Made by a program: the position numbers and the translations under genes. From an uncultured virus (IMG/VR IMGVR_UViG_3300032309_002680) (lineage: Duplodnaviria; Heunggongvirae; Uroviricota; Caudoviricetes), in IMG/VR virus record IMGVR_UViG_3300032309_002680: DNA of 64,000 bases. One strand, 5' to 3'. Below are positions 28,018 to 38,772 of this stretch, one piece after another; position 1 is the first letter of the stretch; the number at the start of each line of letters is the position of its first letter. Below the pieces are notes generated by a model. It was given only the letters and a program-made list of their open reading frames with translations, had not been told where the DNA came from and made no database searches.

Positions 28018-29004
28018 ATGGCAGAGATTTATGTAAATAGCAGGACTCCAATAAAAAGCAAAATATATTGGGAGTCTGAACTTGTCAGTCCAGACACAGT
28101 TACAGTAAAAGTTTACGATGTTACAGAGGATCCTTCTATAGTCCCTGCCATTTCCCCAACTACAATCTTAACAACACTTACGGCCACTAGCGTAGAAACA
28201 GATTCTGGATCGTATCAAGTTATATTGCCTTTTAACTATACGGAAAGAAATAGAAGTTTCAAGCTAGTTTGGTCGTATTTAATTTCTGGAACAGAGGGAT
28301 ACCATGCATCATATGTTGATGTAGTCACTCCTTACATAAACATTAATGAGCATTTGCAAGATCTAAATTTCGGATCAGACCCTAGCGATCCAAATTATAA
28401 AAATTATCAAGAGATTCAATCTGCAGAGAGGTATGCTAGAAAAATTATAGAAGGACATACAGGTCAAGAGTTTTACTTATACCAAGACGTAGAAGTAGTA
28501 TACGGATCAGACTCAGACGTATTAGTATTACCTTATAAAATAAATAAACTAAATAAACTGTATTCTAATGATATCCTTTTAATTGACAATCAATCTGTCC
28601 CTGCTGTCAACAACTGGATATTTAATCCAATTATTTCAGAAACTGGTTTTGGAATTAGAATTAATAAAACTAATTCAATAGACAATGCAGTTTATACTGC
28701 AAATGGATTTGTGCCACCTAGCGTTAATGATAGCGAAGGTTCTTTATTTGGAAAAAATATTAGATACACAATTCATGGTGAATTTGGATGGGACAGGGTT
28801 CCAACAGAAGTTAGCCAAGCTTGTATTGAGTTAATGAAAGATTACTTTTCTAAAGATTCTGTCTGGAGAAACAAATACGCAAAAAATGTTCAAGCATTTG
28901 ATTGGAAATTTGAATATAACTCTAGCGCATATGCTGGAACTGGAAACGCCTACGCAGACCAGTTACTAAGCTCATATGTTTTAAGTAATATGGTAGTAAT
29001 TTAA
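28018..29004 (+). CDS. Head-tail adaptor
   Basis: Position; IEGHTGQEF, G.FGW..VP..V..A, TGN.YADQLL. Confidence 0.65.
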   Translation: MAEIYVNSRTPIKSKIYWESELVSPDTVTVKVYDVTEDPSIVPAISPTTILTTLTATSVETDSGSYQVILPFNYTERNRSFKLVWSYLISGTEGYHASYVDVVTPYININEHLQDLNFGSDPSDPNYKNYQEIQSAERYARKIIEGHTGQEFYLYQDVEVVYGSDSDVLVLPYKINKLNKLYSNDILLIDNQSVPAVNNWIFNPIISETGFGIRINKTNSIDNAVYTANGFVPPSVNDSEGSLFGKNIRYTIHGEFGWDRVPTEVSQACIELMKDYFSKDSVWRNKYAKNVQAFDWKFEYNSSAYAGTGNAYADQLLSSYVLSNMVVI

Positions 29005-29432
29005 TGATAGATTTAATACAGTCCATGTTGCCTATGAACTTGGATATCTATAGACAAACAGATATTCAAGATGATGATACTGGTGCTATAAAAAAAGAAT
29101 GGTCTTATTATTCAACAATTCCATGCTATGCAAAAAGCATTATAAGTAATTCTTCAACTTCTAGATCTGGAGACACCCAATCCTTTTCCAACAAATACAA
29201 AAATGAGCAAAATATTCAAGTTCGTACCGAAAGTAAAATATCTTTAAGGCACAAGGTTTCAAACATTAAAGACAGGGACGGAAAATCAATTTGGACAGAG
29301 CAGGACTATCCATCAGAGACACCCACAGTATTTGAAGTTATTGGAAGTAGTCCTATAACAGATCCATTTGGTAGAGTAATTGGTTATAATTCTTCTCTAA
29401 AGAGATCGGAGAATCAGCAAATTGGAATCTAA
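29004..29432 (+). CDS. Head-tail stopper/connector
   Basis: Position and size; QDDDTGAIKKEW motif. Confidence 0.55.
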   Translation: MIDLIQSMLPMNLDIYRQTDIQDDDTGAIKKEWSYYSTIPCYAKSIISNSSTSRSGDTQSFSNKYKNEQNIQVRTESKISLRHKVSNIKDRDGKSIWTEQDYPSETPTVFEVIGSSPITDPFGRVIGYNSSLKRSENQQIGI

Positions 29433-30210
29433 CGTAATGCTGCTTCAAGCAGCCTCTGGTCTTGAAAGATTAATGTATAACAAAAGCCCAAAGGGAATTA
29501 TTAAAGACAGTAATATCGCACAAATTTCTGCTGCTTTATATTATCAAGCAAATGTAATTGCCAAATTAAGCAATAGTAAAAAGTTTAAAAGTGCTTTTAA
29601 AAAAGTAGTGTTTAATCAAATAGAAAAAGATTTTGGGCAATACATAGATTCACAAGCAAGATCAAAGCCAAAAGCATTTCACCATGTATATGAATGGGGT
29701 AAGACTGGAAGCGCAAATGATAGATTGTTTAGTTTAACATCTTTAGATTCTGCAGGAATATCTTTTAAAGTTAATTTTAAATTTGAACCATCAAAAACAT
29801 TTGTCCCTGGACCAGAAAAACAAAGGAAACACGTATTTCAAAACAAAGCGTCTGTGATGGAGTCAGGAATGGCTCTTAAAATTGCTCCACGCCATTCTGA
29901 GAGGTTAGTATTTGAATCCAATGGTGAGACAGTCTTTATGCCCAAAGGGGCTTCAGTGACCGTTAAAAGGCCAGGAGGACCTAGTGTTAAAAATCAATTT
30001 ACTTTACAATATTCAAGATTTTTTAGCGGGAACCTTGTAAGCTCATCTATTAAGAAATCTGGATTTAAAGATATATTTAATTCAGCTTCAATGAAAGCAT
30101 TAAAAATACCAGCAACAATTAAAACAGTTCAATATTCATTTTCTCCAAATTCAATTAGAAGCATAGCGGACTCAGCAGTAGAGATGTCATTTGGAGGGTC
30201 CTTAGTATGA
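29422..30210 (+). CDS. Neck/tail completion protein (putative)
   Basis: Position; HHVYEWG motif. Confidence 0.5.
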   Translation: MESNVMLLQAASGLERLMYNKSPKGIIKDSNIAQISAALYYQANVIAKLSNSKKFKSAFKKVVFNQIEKDFGQYIDSQARSKPKAFHHVYEWGKTGSANDRLFSLTSLDSAGISFKVNFKFEPSKTFVPGPEKQRKHVFQNKASVMESGMALKIAPRHSERLVFESNGETVFMPKGASVTVKRPGGPSVKNQFTLQYSRFFSGNLVSSSIKKSGFKDIFNSASMKALKIPATIKTVQYSFSPNSIRSIADSAVEMSFGGSLV

Positions 30211-30719
30211 CAGTAAATTATAAACTAGATGCAATTCTAGAAATAAGAAAATTTTTATGGTCTAAATTGGTGGCAGCTGAAATATTTGATGAAAACGAAT
30301 ATTTTAGCGATAGTATAAACGACAAGATAGTTCCCATTATTCCAGTCCAACAGGTATCTGAAATGGATCAATTTTTGAGTGGAAAAAAACATATAGTTTA
30401 TGACAAAATTGGAACCTCATATGAGGAAAATTGGATGGTATGCTGTGAGCAGATACTCTTTACTATTTACTCCCCAGATGTTTCAGAAATCAATGAGATT
30501 AGGAATTTTATGATTGATGAATTTAGAAGGGTAGATGAGTCCGCAAGAGACGTAAATAGGTTTGCAAGCCTGTCTAATAAATTCAAATTTTTTAGCATTT
30601 TTGTAGCCGATATATCCCCAACAGAGCCATCAGAAGAAATGCAGGGTCTAATGTCTTCAGATGTCATTCTGGAAGTAAAGTATGCCAGAATGGTAGATGG
30701 GGTAGGAAGATTTCTATAA
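30207..30719 (+). CDS. Tail terminator-like protein (putative)
   Basis: Immediately precedes the tail tube gene. Confidence 0.5.
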   Translation: MTVNYKLDAILEIRKFLWSKLVAAEIFDENEYFSDSINDKIVPIIPVQQVSEMDQFLSGKKHIVYDKIGTSYEENWMVCCEQILFTIYSPDVSEINEIRNFMIDEFRRVDESARDVNRFASLSNKFKFFSIFVADISPTEPSEEMQGLMSSDVILEVKYARMVDGVGRFL

Positions 30720-30720
30720 G

Positions 30721-30749
30721 TTGCTTTTGGTTGACTTGTTCCGTATAAT
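30721..30749 (+). promoter_or_regulatory. Promoter for tail tube gene
   Basis: TTGCTT-17 nt-TATAAT. Confidence 0.55.
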
Positions 30750-30825
30750 TGCCTTAGAGGAAAGAAGCCTAGCCAGCTTGATTAAAAGATTTTAATATGT
30801 ATACATATATAGGAGGAATAAATTA

Positions 30826-31575
30826 ATGTCACAAAATACAGGTAATGCCAGAAATATTCTTGTTGGTGCATCTCCACTGTTTTTATCAGTAGAAGATTCA
30901 ACAACATCAGGATATGTAGAAAACATGGTTCCAGGTACTGCCATCTCAGGCGCGACTGGACGTAACAAGACAGTTCCAGCATTTAAGAATGGTACAGCAG
31001 CAGTTGGTCAGACACCAGCAGTTGCAGGAGAGTCATACACTACAACTCTTAACGGAGTAGATACAATATCATCAGGTACAGCATCAGCAACAACAGGTGC
31101 TGCATACCGTAACGTAGGTTTTACAAACAACGGTTTGCAAATTACTTACAACCCAACATACGACTCAGTGACTGTAGATCAGTTACTTGATACAGCAAAA
31201 CTGTTTAAGTCTGCTATGGAGGTTATGATTGCAACAGAATTCGCAGAAGGTACTCTTGAGAACGTTCTTGCGGTATTCGGACAAAAGCAATCAACATTAA
31301 GTGGTTCGACACTTGGACTTGAGGCAGGTGCACTTGGTGCAGCTCCAGTTGAGCGTCAATTAGTTGCAATTGGACAAGCTCCAACAACTGCAGAATCATC
31401 AAAAACTGAGCGTGTATATTATGCACGTCGTGTTCTTTCTGTACAACAGTCACAGTTCTCTTTGGCTCGTAACGCAGCATCAACATTCCCAGTAACATTC
31501 CGTTTGCTTCCATCAGGCGCAGCGGGAGACGCAGGTTCAGAATACGGTACAATCGTAGACCGTACCTGGTTATAA
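30826..31575 (+). CDS. Major tail (tube) protein
   Basis: NILVGA, VGFTNNGLQITYNP...VDQLLD, PVTFRLLP; strong RBS and downstream terminator. Confidence 0.85.
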   Translation: MSQNTGNARNILVGASPLFLSVEDSTTSGYVENMVPGTAISGATGRNKTVPAFKNGTAAVGQTPAVAGESYTTTLNGVDTISSGTASATTGAAYRNVGFTNNGLQITYNPTYDSVTVDQLLDTAKLFKSAMEVMIATEFAEGTLENVLAVFGQKQSTLSGSTLGLEAGALGAAPVERQLVAIGQAPTTAESSKTERVYYARRVLSVQQSQFSLARNAASTFPVTFRLLPSGAAGDAGSEYGTIVDRTWL

Positions 31576-31596
31576 TTAATATAAATTAATTAATAG

Positions 31597-31627
31597 AAGC
31601 CCCCCATTATTTGGGGGGCTTTTTATT
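31597..31627 (+). terminator. Intrinsic terminator after tail tube gene
   Basis: AAGCCCCCCA / TGGGGGGCTT stem followed by TTTATT. Confidence 0.85.
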
Positions 31628-31680
31628 GCCCTTATGTTTGCTATATGTTATAATAATTTTAACTATCCAAGGAGGATAAA

Positions 31681-32019
31681 TTGGCAACAACAGTATATGA
31701 TGTAGAAGAAATTGAACTTCAAAATGGAGCAAAGGTCAAGCTAAAGCCATTGACAATTAAAGCATTGCGAAAGTTCATGGCAGAAATTAAAAAGACAGAA
31801 ACTGCAGCAAATGAAGATGAAACACTTTCAATTTTAATTGCAGCAAGCGGAATTGCAATTGAGTCACAAGTACCAGAATTAGTAGCAGACAGGGATAAAT
31901 TAGAAGACGCACTAGACATGCCGACAATTAATCGAATTCTTGAAGTTTGCGGAGGAATTAAACTTGACGACCCAAACCTGGAAGCGGCACGAGCTCTAGT
32001 TGGTCAGAACTCGATTTAG
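31681..32019 (+). CDS. Tail assembly chaperone (gpG-like)
   Basis: Between tube and tape measure; GGAGG RBS with TTG start; slippery site near the 3' end. Confidence 0.8.
   Translation: MATTVYDVEEIELQNGAKVKLKPLTIKALRKFMAEIKKTETAANEDETLSILIAASGIAIESQVPELVADRDKLEDALDMPTINRILEVCGGIKLDDPNLEAARALVGQNSI
31971..31977 (+). other. -1 programmed ribosomal frameshift site C CCA AAC
   Basis: X XXY YYZ heptamer in the correct phase; the -1 frame is open from 31971 to the stop at 32339. Confidence 0.8.
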
Positions 32020-32339
32020 CCGCTCTCTTAGGGGAAGTTTTTCTTTTAGGTAATTGGAAAAATTACGAAGAGCTAGAAGAAAATCTTTCAATGCCAGAAA
32101 TAATTCAAACCTTTAAATCTATGCACAAAACGGAAGATGAAAAAAGAAAGTTTTTAGCATCTTTGCAAGGAGTTAACTTAAACGAAAGCTCTGTAGAAGA
32201 AAGCAATAGTTTTGAGGATATAAAAAGAAAGGCTCTGGGTATACAGGCAAGTGCAGACGACGTAGTCTCACTACAAGGAAGTTATGCTTCTGAAGCAGGC
32301 TTTGGAATTGGCGCAGGCTTAGGATACTCAAGGGTGTAA
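31971..32339 (+). CDS. Frameshifted extension of tail chaperone (gpGT-like)
   Basis: -1 frame reads PGSGTSSSWSELDLAALLGEVFLLGNWKNYEELEENLS into the listed 32091 ORF. Confidence 0.75.
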   Translation, partial: PKPGSGTSSSWSELDLAALLGEVFLLGNWKNYEELEENLSMPEIIQTFKSMHKTEDEKRKFLASLQGVNLNESSVEESNSFEDIKRKALGIQASADDVVSLQGSYASEAGFGIGAGLGYSRV

Positions 32340-32349
32340 AATAATATAG

Positions 32350-35300
32350 ATGGCTGAAGATCAGATAGTAACCAGAATAGTCGCTACGGCAGACTTTTCA
32401 AACCTTATTGTAGACTTGAACAAGGTTTCTTCAGCCTTAACTAATTTACAGACAAAACTAAACGCAACAAACAAAAACCTCTCAGCGCAAGCGGCGGTAA
32501 TGAACCGTTCCTTTGCAGAAACAATGAGAAGCACTGGGCAATTTTCTACCCACTTCGTAAACCTTCAATCTGATGTAGAGAAATTTGGATCTCAATTAGA
32601 TAAAGGTCAAATAAAATTAAGACAATTTTTTCAGGTATATCAAGGTCATGTAAAAACAAATAGTGGAATTGTAAGACAGTTAGCTGCTCAACAAGTGCAG
32701 TTACAGAATGCCATATTGCAACCACTAGGAAAAAACTCTGAAGGATTAATGCAATACAATGTTCATATTCCAACAGGATTAGATAAAGTAAAAAATAGAA
32801 CAGCTCTAGCAAGACAAGAGTTGCAAATTATGAACAGAGTAATTCAAGAAGGAGCAAACTCTTTAATTAACTGGGGTAAAAATACTCAGTGGGCAGGACG
32901 TCAGCTAACAGTAGGTTTAACAATACCACTTGCAGCTTTTGGTAAAGCTTCAGCAGATGCATTTAGAACCGCAGACCAAGAATTAACTAGATTAACTAAG
33001 GTTTATGGAGGCTTAACTGCTAAATCTTCTTTAGAGTTGGCAAAGATAAGAGCAGATGTTTCAGCAACAGCATCAGAGTTAGCAAAAGGATATGGAGCAT
33101 CATTTAAAGAAACTCTGGGTCTTGCAGCGGACATTGCTGCAACTGGAAAAGAGGGAGACGATCTTTTAGGATCTATTAAAGAAACAACTCGTCTTGCAGT
33201 TCTTGGTGAAGTTGATAGACAAGATGCAATGAAAGCTACACTTGCAATTCAGTCAGCTTTTAAGCAAAACACAGATGAGTTAGCAGAATCAATTAACTTT
33301 TTAAACGCAGTTGAAAACCAAACATCAACAACTCTTGGAGATTTAGTAGAAGCAATTCCTAAAGCGGGACCAGTAATAAAAGGTCTAGGAGGAAGTGTTC
33401 AAGATCTTGCTTTGTATTTAACAGCAATGAGAGAAGGCGGAATTAATGCAACAGAAGGAGCAAATGCTCTTAAGTCTGCACTAGCTTCTTTAATTAACCC
33501 AACAGATGTAGCTGTTGCTAAATTTTCAGAATTTGGAATTAACTTAAAAGCAATTGTAAATGATAATGCTGGAAACGTTACCGATACACTATTGGCTTTA
33601 CAGGAAGGATTAGATAATCTAAACCCTTTGCAAAAATCTCAAGCAATTGAGCAATTGTTTGGAAAATTCCAGTTTTCAAGAATTAGTGCATTGTTTGAAA
33701 ACTTAGGAAAACAAGGAAGCCAAACTCTAGAAGTAATGGATTTAATGAAAGCAAGCTCTCAAGATCTAGCTAACATTGCTGGACGAGAATTAGCGATGGT
33801 TACAGAATCTGCTTCTGGAAAATACAAGAGAGCTTTAGAATCACTTAAAGCAGAACTTGCTGGCGTAGGAGAACAGTTTTTAACAATTAATACTCACTTA
33901 ATAAATATTGTTAGTGGAATTTTAAAGTTTATAGATAAACTACCCGCTCCATTAAAATCATTATTAGCTTTCTTTGGAGGACTGACAGCAGTTGCAGGAC
34001 CTTTAATTATGTTAACTGGTGTTCTTGCAAACTTCTTTGGATACATAATAAAAGGAGCGTCTCAATTTAGAGCGTTGTTTAAAGGTGGTGCTGGATGGAA
34101 ACTCCTTACCCCAGACATTCTTGCTGCCAATAAAGCGGGAGCCTTAGTAGAGGCTACTTTCTACAGTGATGCAAAAGCAGCAGACATTCTTCAACAATCT
34201 ATAACTAGACTTTCTGCTTCTTACAATAAGCTTGCAACAGATGCTAATAGTGCAATTATAGCTACAAACCCAGGCGTATCAACAATGGCAGGAAATTCTG
34301 TTATCGCAGCAGGCGGAAGATCAGTAAACCCTAATAGCCCTTACATTGGAGCAATTGGAACAAGAGCTGCAGCACACCACAACCCAGTTTCTGCAATGAA
34401 CAAAGACCAAAAAAATAGTCAAACAATTCACTCATTTACACCACAACCAATTCCTGTAAATCAAAAAATAGGTGCTGTTCCTCAAATATTTTCAACAGGA
34501 AATTTGCCAGAGTACGAAGGATTAACTACATCAAGAGGAGTATCAACTGGAATAGTTGCTGGAGAAGCAGCTAAGTGGCACGCATTAATGGGAACTTTGT
34601 CTATGATGTCAAAAAGAGAGGTTGCTGATTTAAAGAAAGAAATTGCTAGAACGGGTACATTTAGTGCAGACATAAATAAAACATTTGGACAGTTGCTTCC
34701 AGCAATGACTCAGTTAACAACAAATGCTGCAAGCCAATCAGCAGCAGTAGTAGCTCAATTAAAAGCAGGAAAAATTAATCTTGACGCTGCTCGTGCAAAA
34801 ATAATTGCTATTAATGCTGAGCTAGAAATGTTAATGTCTCAAACAACTTCTCAGATGGCTGCTAGCATGGGTAAAACTGCAAACTTAACACAAGTTCCTT
34901 TGATAAATCAACCAGTTGTCAGCCCTAAAGGTAAAGCCAATATTAAAGAAATTTTTAGAGCAAAAAGACCGTCTGCTCAAATAATTGATAAAATTGCTAG
35001 AGCGCTTGGAGTTAGAACTTACGGAGCAGGATATTCTAACGAAACTACTATTCCTAAAATGAATACTGGCGGAATTGTTCCTGGAACTGGTAACACAGAT
35101 ACTTATCACACTACTCTACCAGCAGGAGCTTTTGTTGTAAACAAACAAGCTACAGCAGAAAATATGGATATTCTTGGTCCAATGATGGGAATGAATAAGG
35201 GCGGAGAAGCCCCTGGAGTTCCAGTAGTTCTTACTCCTGGAGAAGCAGTAATTGATCCGTACACAGCACAAAATAATATAAAAACTCTTTATGCCATAAA

Positions 35301-38300
35301 TGGCCCAGGAGCACAAGGTCCTGGCTATATTAAAGGCGGAAAAATAGCATTACAAAGAACTCATATAACAGATGATTTAAGCGGATTGGCTTTACTTCTT
35401 CCAAAATGGGTAAACATGGGAGTTAATGCAAATGGAGAAGGACTTACTGGAAGCAGAATTGCTTCTGGAATTAGAGAAACTTTAAATGCTGGATATGATC
35501 CAAACGATTTAATGAATGAAGCTGCTGTCACTTTAGGTGGAGACAAATCGCAAGCATCTAAAATAAATAAAAAAGCATTAAATAGATTATTAATTGTTTT
35601 AGAAGAAGAAAAAAATTCTAATAGATTAATTGGCGGAAAGAATGATCCGTTTGGATTTGAAAAATTAGCAAAACGTATATATCAACCAGCACTACGTGGA
35701 ATTAAAATTGATCCATCAAAAGCTGGTGGACTAACTAATCTTTATTCTGCAATATCTCAAATATTTACCAGAAGGTCTAAAAAAGTATTAACAAGAGATG
35801 AAGCAATTACTCGTGGAATACTAAGCGGTAAAAAAACTGGATCTAAAGAAATGGGCGAGATAGTTGAAAGAAAAGATGGCCGTAAAACTTGGGTAGGTCA
35901 AAATAAAACAATTGGCTCAAACGTTCCTTCTTGGGCAAGAGGAACAAATTTACCAACACTCCTAACAACAGCAAGCGGAATAAGTCATGCTCTTAAAATA
36001 ATAGATAAAAATAATCCAAAATCTCCACAGACTAGAGCACCACTACCACCAGTACCTGGAAAATTTAATCCGTATGCTCGTGGCATTCACCCAAATAATT
36101 ATTCAATACCCTCACACGGAAGATCAGCATTCCTTGGAATGCCATTAAAGAAATTAGCACAAGGTTGGGCCAACCCAAGGTACATAGGTCCAGACCCACG
36201 CTCAGAAGCATTGAACAGAAAATGGAGAATGGGATACAACAGGGGTGGCATGGTCGGTGGCTTGCAGGCTTCCCCTAGAGGATATAACGCTGGTGGAATG
36301 ATTGCACAAATGCTTTTACCAATGCTTGGATACATGGGTGGGCAATCAATAGGAACTCAAGTTGGTGGCACAGGTGGAGGCTTTGCTGGTGGAATAATTG
36401 GATCAATGATTCCTTCAATGTTTATGGGAAGCATGGGGGCAAATAGAACTAAAACGGCTCCAGGATCTGATGAGGCTTATGAGAAATACGGAAATCGTGT
36501 AGGTAAATCAGCTTTAGCAAATAATAAATTTTCATTATCTTTAGCAAATTCAGCAGCACAAGGATCTAAGGTATCTAGAGTTCTGACCACTCTTATAGGA
36601 GGGTTAACAAAAACAAATCTTGTAGTAGGCGGAGTAACACTTGCTCTGGGAGTTGGATATAAAGCATTTAGGGATTATCAAGAAGGAGTTAGACTAAATG
36701 TATCTACTTTTGGTCTAACCGAAGAAGCTGCAGAAAAAGCTGGACTAAAGGTAACAAGCTATAATTCAGCCATTAAAGATTCTATTGGGACAATAAACGC
36801 AACTATTGAAAGAAATAAAATGCTTTATGAAAGCATGAACTCTGCTGGAATTCCAATTAAGATGACTATTGCAGAGTATAAAAAATTAAAAGAAGAAGTT
36901 AAAATAAGCATGAGTGATTCTATTGAGGCAATTAATAGAATGAAAGAAACAGATCTAAAAGATTATGCAGAAAGACTAAAAGCTCAAATGATCTCAGCTG
37001 GAGCTTCCGCAGATGAAGCTTCTAAAAAAATATATGCAGCATTTGCTTTGTCTGAAAAGTTTGCGCTAGCAGGATCTTCAACATTAGGAAATATGGGATT
37101 TAATAACATAAAAGACGGAATAACTGCAGCAATAGAGGCCTACAAGGTATTTAACGACACAGTTAAAAACGAAAGTCCAGATGCTCAGGGAATGGCATTA
37201 ACAACATCTTTGGATGCAGTAAATAAGGCTATAGAAGAATCAATTGCTCTTAGCGAAAAGAAAGCTAAGGCAGACAAGTCTGGAAAGACTGTAGTGATAT
37301 CTAGATCTCAAGCAGAAATTGAAGTTATTAATAAAATAAAGTCTAAAGTTTCTGAACAAACAAATGTTTCTCAAGGGCTACTAAATAGTATTTTTGATCA
37401 AAACAAAGAAGCAAAGAAATTTCTTTCTTTGCAAGATACCGCTTTAAGTGTTATGCAAAAATTAAGGCTTCAAGCTCAAGGATATACTGGAGACTTATCA
37501 ATGGGCGCACTTGCAGCAGATCGACTGTTTTCAATGAGAGCTGCAATTGAATCTAATGTTACGGCGTTTTCTACTTCTCAAAGTGGTCCATTATTTGGAA
37601 TATCTCAAAAATTAAAAATTGCTCAAGAGCAGTATAAAAAATTAGGATTAGCATCTCAAGGTGCTAGCGTTAAGCAGCAAATTGACTCAAGAAAAGCTGG
37701 CGAAGCAATTGATGCAAAAATTAAAAAGATTCAAGAAGAGGCTGATGCAAGGCGTAAAGCATTAACTCAAACACTAAAGGATGAAGATTTCTTAACTCAA
37801 GTTAAGAAAAAACAACTAGAATATCAAGATGCCTTATCTGCTGGAGATATGTCGAGGGCAGCTCAAGCACAGCTAGATATTAAGTCAATGAACAAACAAC
37901 AGCAAACTGATAAAGCAATACAATCAATTGATGACAAAGAAAAGTTTGACATTGGCAAATTAGAATCTCAAAGAAAAGCACTTTCAGACGCTAATCAAAA
38001 ACTTGCAGACAGTGCTTCACTAGCTGGAAATGGGTTGCAAAAGTTTGCAAAAGAAATAGAAGGTTATCAATCAACAATTTCTAAATACAATAATTCATTG
38101 ACAAACTACCTTACACTTTTAAAAAGTAATGATGGAAAGAAAAGTATGGAAGGTCCTGCAGCAGAGTTCCTTAACGAAATTAAAAATATTCCTGGCGTGA
38201 CTCTGCCAAATAAATTTGCTGGCCCAAGACCAAAATCAAGTACTGAAATGGCATATGAAATTGTTTCAGGTTACTCAGAATTATTAAAAACTATAAATAC

Positions 38301-38772
38301 AGACACAGCTGTTATTAATGTTAAATCGGCCGAAATTGATGATAAATCAAAAGTACCAGAAAATAGAAATTATGCACGTGGTCCTATGGGCACTACTGGA
38401 AGAGGAGCTTCTGGATACGTGCCTCAAATTCCAAAAACTACTACCTATACAGAAAAGCCATCGTATGCTGCAGGAAGTTATTTTAGTTATACACCAGGAT
38501 CTCCTATTAAAAAATCAATGGGTGGATTAATTAAGATGTCCACAGTTCCTAGAATGTCTGCTGGCGGTCCAGTAATAAATACCGTTCCTAGATACAATAA
38601 GGGAGGAATTGTTAATAGTTCAAATAGCTCATCATCTTCTTCGGTAAGAATTGAAACCCTATCAATAAACTATCCAACAGCACCAACCAATGCAAAAGAG
38701 TTCTTTGCTCAAGTTGAAGAGATAGCAAGACAAAAAGGAATTAAAGTACTAGCAGGAGGGAGGTCAGTATAA
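32350..38772 (+). CDS. Tape measure protein
   Basis: 2140 aa, Ala/Gly-rich and helical, with a TP901-like core; follows the chaperones. Confidence 0.93.
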   Translation: MAEDQIVTRIVATADFSNLIVDLNKVSSALTNLQTKLNATNKNLSAQAAVMNRSFAETMRSTGQFSTHFVNLQSDVEKFGSQLDKGQIKLRQFFQVYQGHVKTNSGIVRQLAAQQVQLQNAILQPLGKNSEGLMQYNVHIPTGLDKVKNRTALARQELQIMNRVIQEGANSLINWGKNTQWAGRQLTVGLTIPLAAFGKASADAFRTADQELTRLTKVYGGLTAKSSLELAKIRADVSATASELAKGYGASFKETLGLAADIAATGKEGDDLLGSIKETTRLAVLGEVDRQDAMKATLAIQSAFKQNTDELAESINFLNAVENQTSTTLGDLVEAIPKAGPVIKGLGGSVQDLALYLTAMREGGINATEGANALKSALASLINPTDVAVAKFSEFGINLKAIVNDNAGNVTDTLLALQEGLDNLNPLQKSQAIEQLFGKFQFSRISALFENLGKQGSQTLEVMDLMKASSQDLANIAGRELAMVTESASGKYKRALESLKAELAGVGEQFLTINTHLINIVSGILKFIDKLPAPLKSLLAFFGGLTAVAGPLIMLTGVLANFFGYIIKGASQFRALFKGGAGWKLLTPDILAANKAGALVEATFYSDAKAADILQQSITRLSASYNKLATDANSAIIATNPGVSTMAGNSVIAAGGRSVNPNSPYIGAIGTRAAAHHNPVSAMNKDQKNSQTIHSFTPQPIPVNQKIGAVPQIFSTGNLPEYEGLTTSRGVSTGIVAGEAAKWHALMGTLSMMSKREVADLKKEIARTGTFSADINKTFGQLLPAMTQLTTNAASQSAAVVAQLKAGKINLDAARAKIIAINAELEMLMSQTTSQMAASMGKTANLTQVPLINQPVVSPKGKANIKEIFRAKRPSAQIIDKIARALGVRTYGAGYSNETTIPKMNTGGIVPGTGNTDTYHTTLPAGAFVVNKQATAENMDILGPMMGMNKGGEAPGVPVVLTPGEAVIDPYTAQNNIKTLYAINGPGAQGPGYIKGGKIALQRTHITDDLSGLALLLPKWVNMGVNANGEGLTGSRIASGIRETLNAGYDPNDLMNEAAVTLGGDKSQASKINKKALNRLLIVLEEEKNSNRLIGGKNDPFGFEKLAKRIYQPALRGIKIDPSKAGGLTNLYSAISQIFTRRSKKVLTRDEAITRGILSGKKTGSKEMGEIVERKDGRKTWVGQNKTIGSNVPSWARGTNLPTLLTTASGISHALKIIDKNNPKSPQTRAPLPPVPGKFNPYARGIHPNNYSIPSHGRSAFLGMPLKKLAQGWANPRYIGPDPRSEALNRKWRMGYNRGGMVGGLQASPRGYNAGGMIAQMLLPMLGYMGGQSIGTQVGGTGGGFAGGIIGSMIPSMFMGSMGANRTKTAPGSDEAYEKYGNRVGKSALANNKFSLSLANSAAQGSKVSRVLTTLIGGLTKTNLVVGGVTLALGVGYKAFRDYQEGVRLNVSTFGLTEEAAEKAGLKVTSYNSAIKDSIGTINATIERNKMLYESMNSAGIPIKMTIAEYKKLKEEVKISMSDSIEAINRMKETDLKDYAERLKAQMISAGASADEASKKIYAAFALSEKFALAGSSTLGNMGFNNIKDGITAAIEAYKVFNDTVKNESPDAQGMALTTSLDAVNKAIEESIALSEKKAKADKSGKTVVISRSQAEIEVINKIKSKVSEQTNVSQGLLNSIFDQNKEAKKFLSLQDTALSVMQKLRLQAQGYTGDLSMGALAADRLFSMRAAIESNVTAFSTSQSGPLFGISQKLKIAQEQYKKLGLASQGASVKQQIDSRKAGEAIDAKIKKIQEEADARRKALTQTLKDEDFLTQVKKKQLEYQDALSAGDMSRAAQAQLDIKSMNKQQQTDKAIQSIDDKEKFDIGKLESQRKALSDANQKLADSASLAGNGLQKFAKEIEGYQSTISKYNNSLTNYLTLLKSNDGKKSMEGPAAEFLNEIKNIPGVTLPNKFAGPRPKSSTEMAYEIVSGYSELLKTINTDTAVINVKSAEIDDKSKVPENRNYARGPMGTTGRGASGYVPQIPKTTTYTEKPSYAAGSYFSYTPGSPIKKSMGGLIKMSTVPRMSAGGPVINTVPRYNKGGIVNSSNSSSSSSVRIETLSINYPTAPTNAKEFFAQVEEIARQKGIKVLAGGRSV

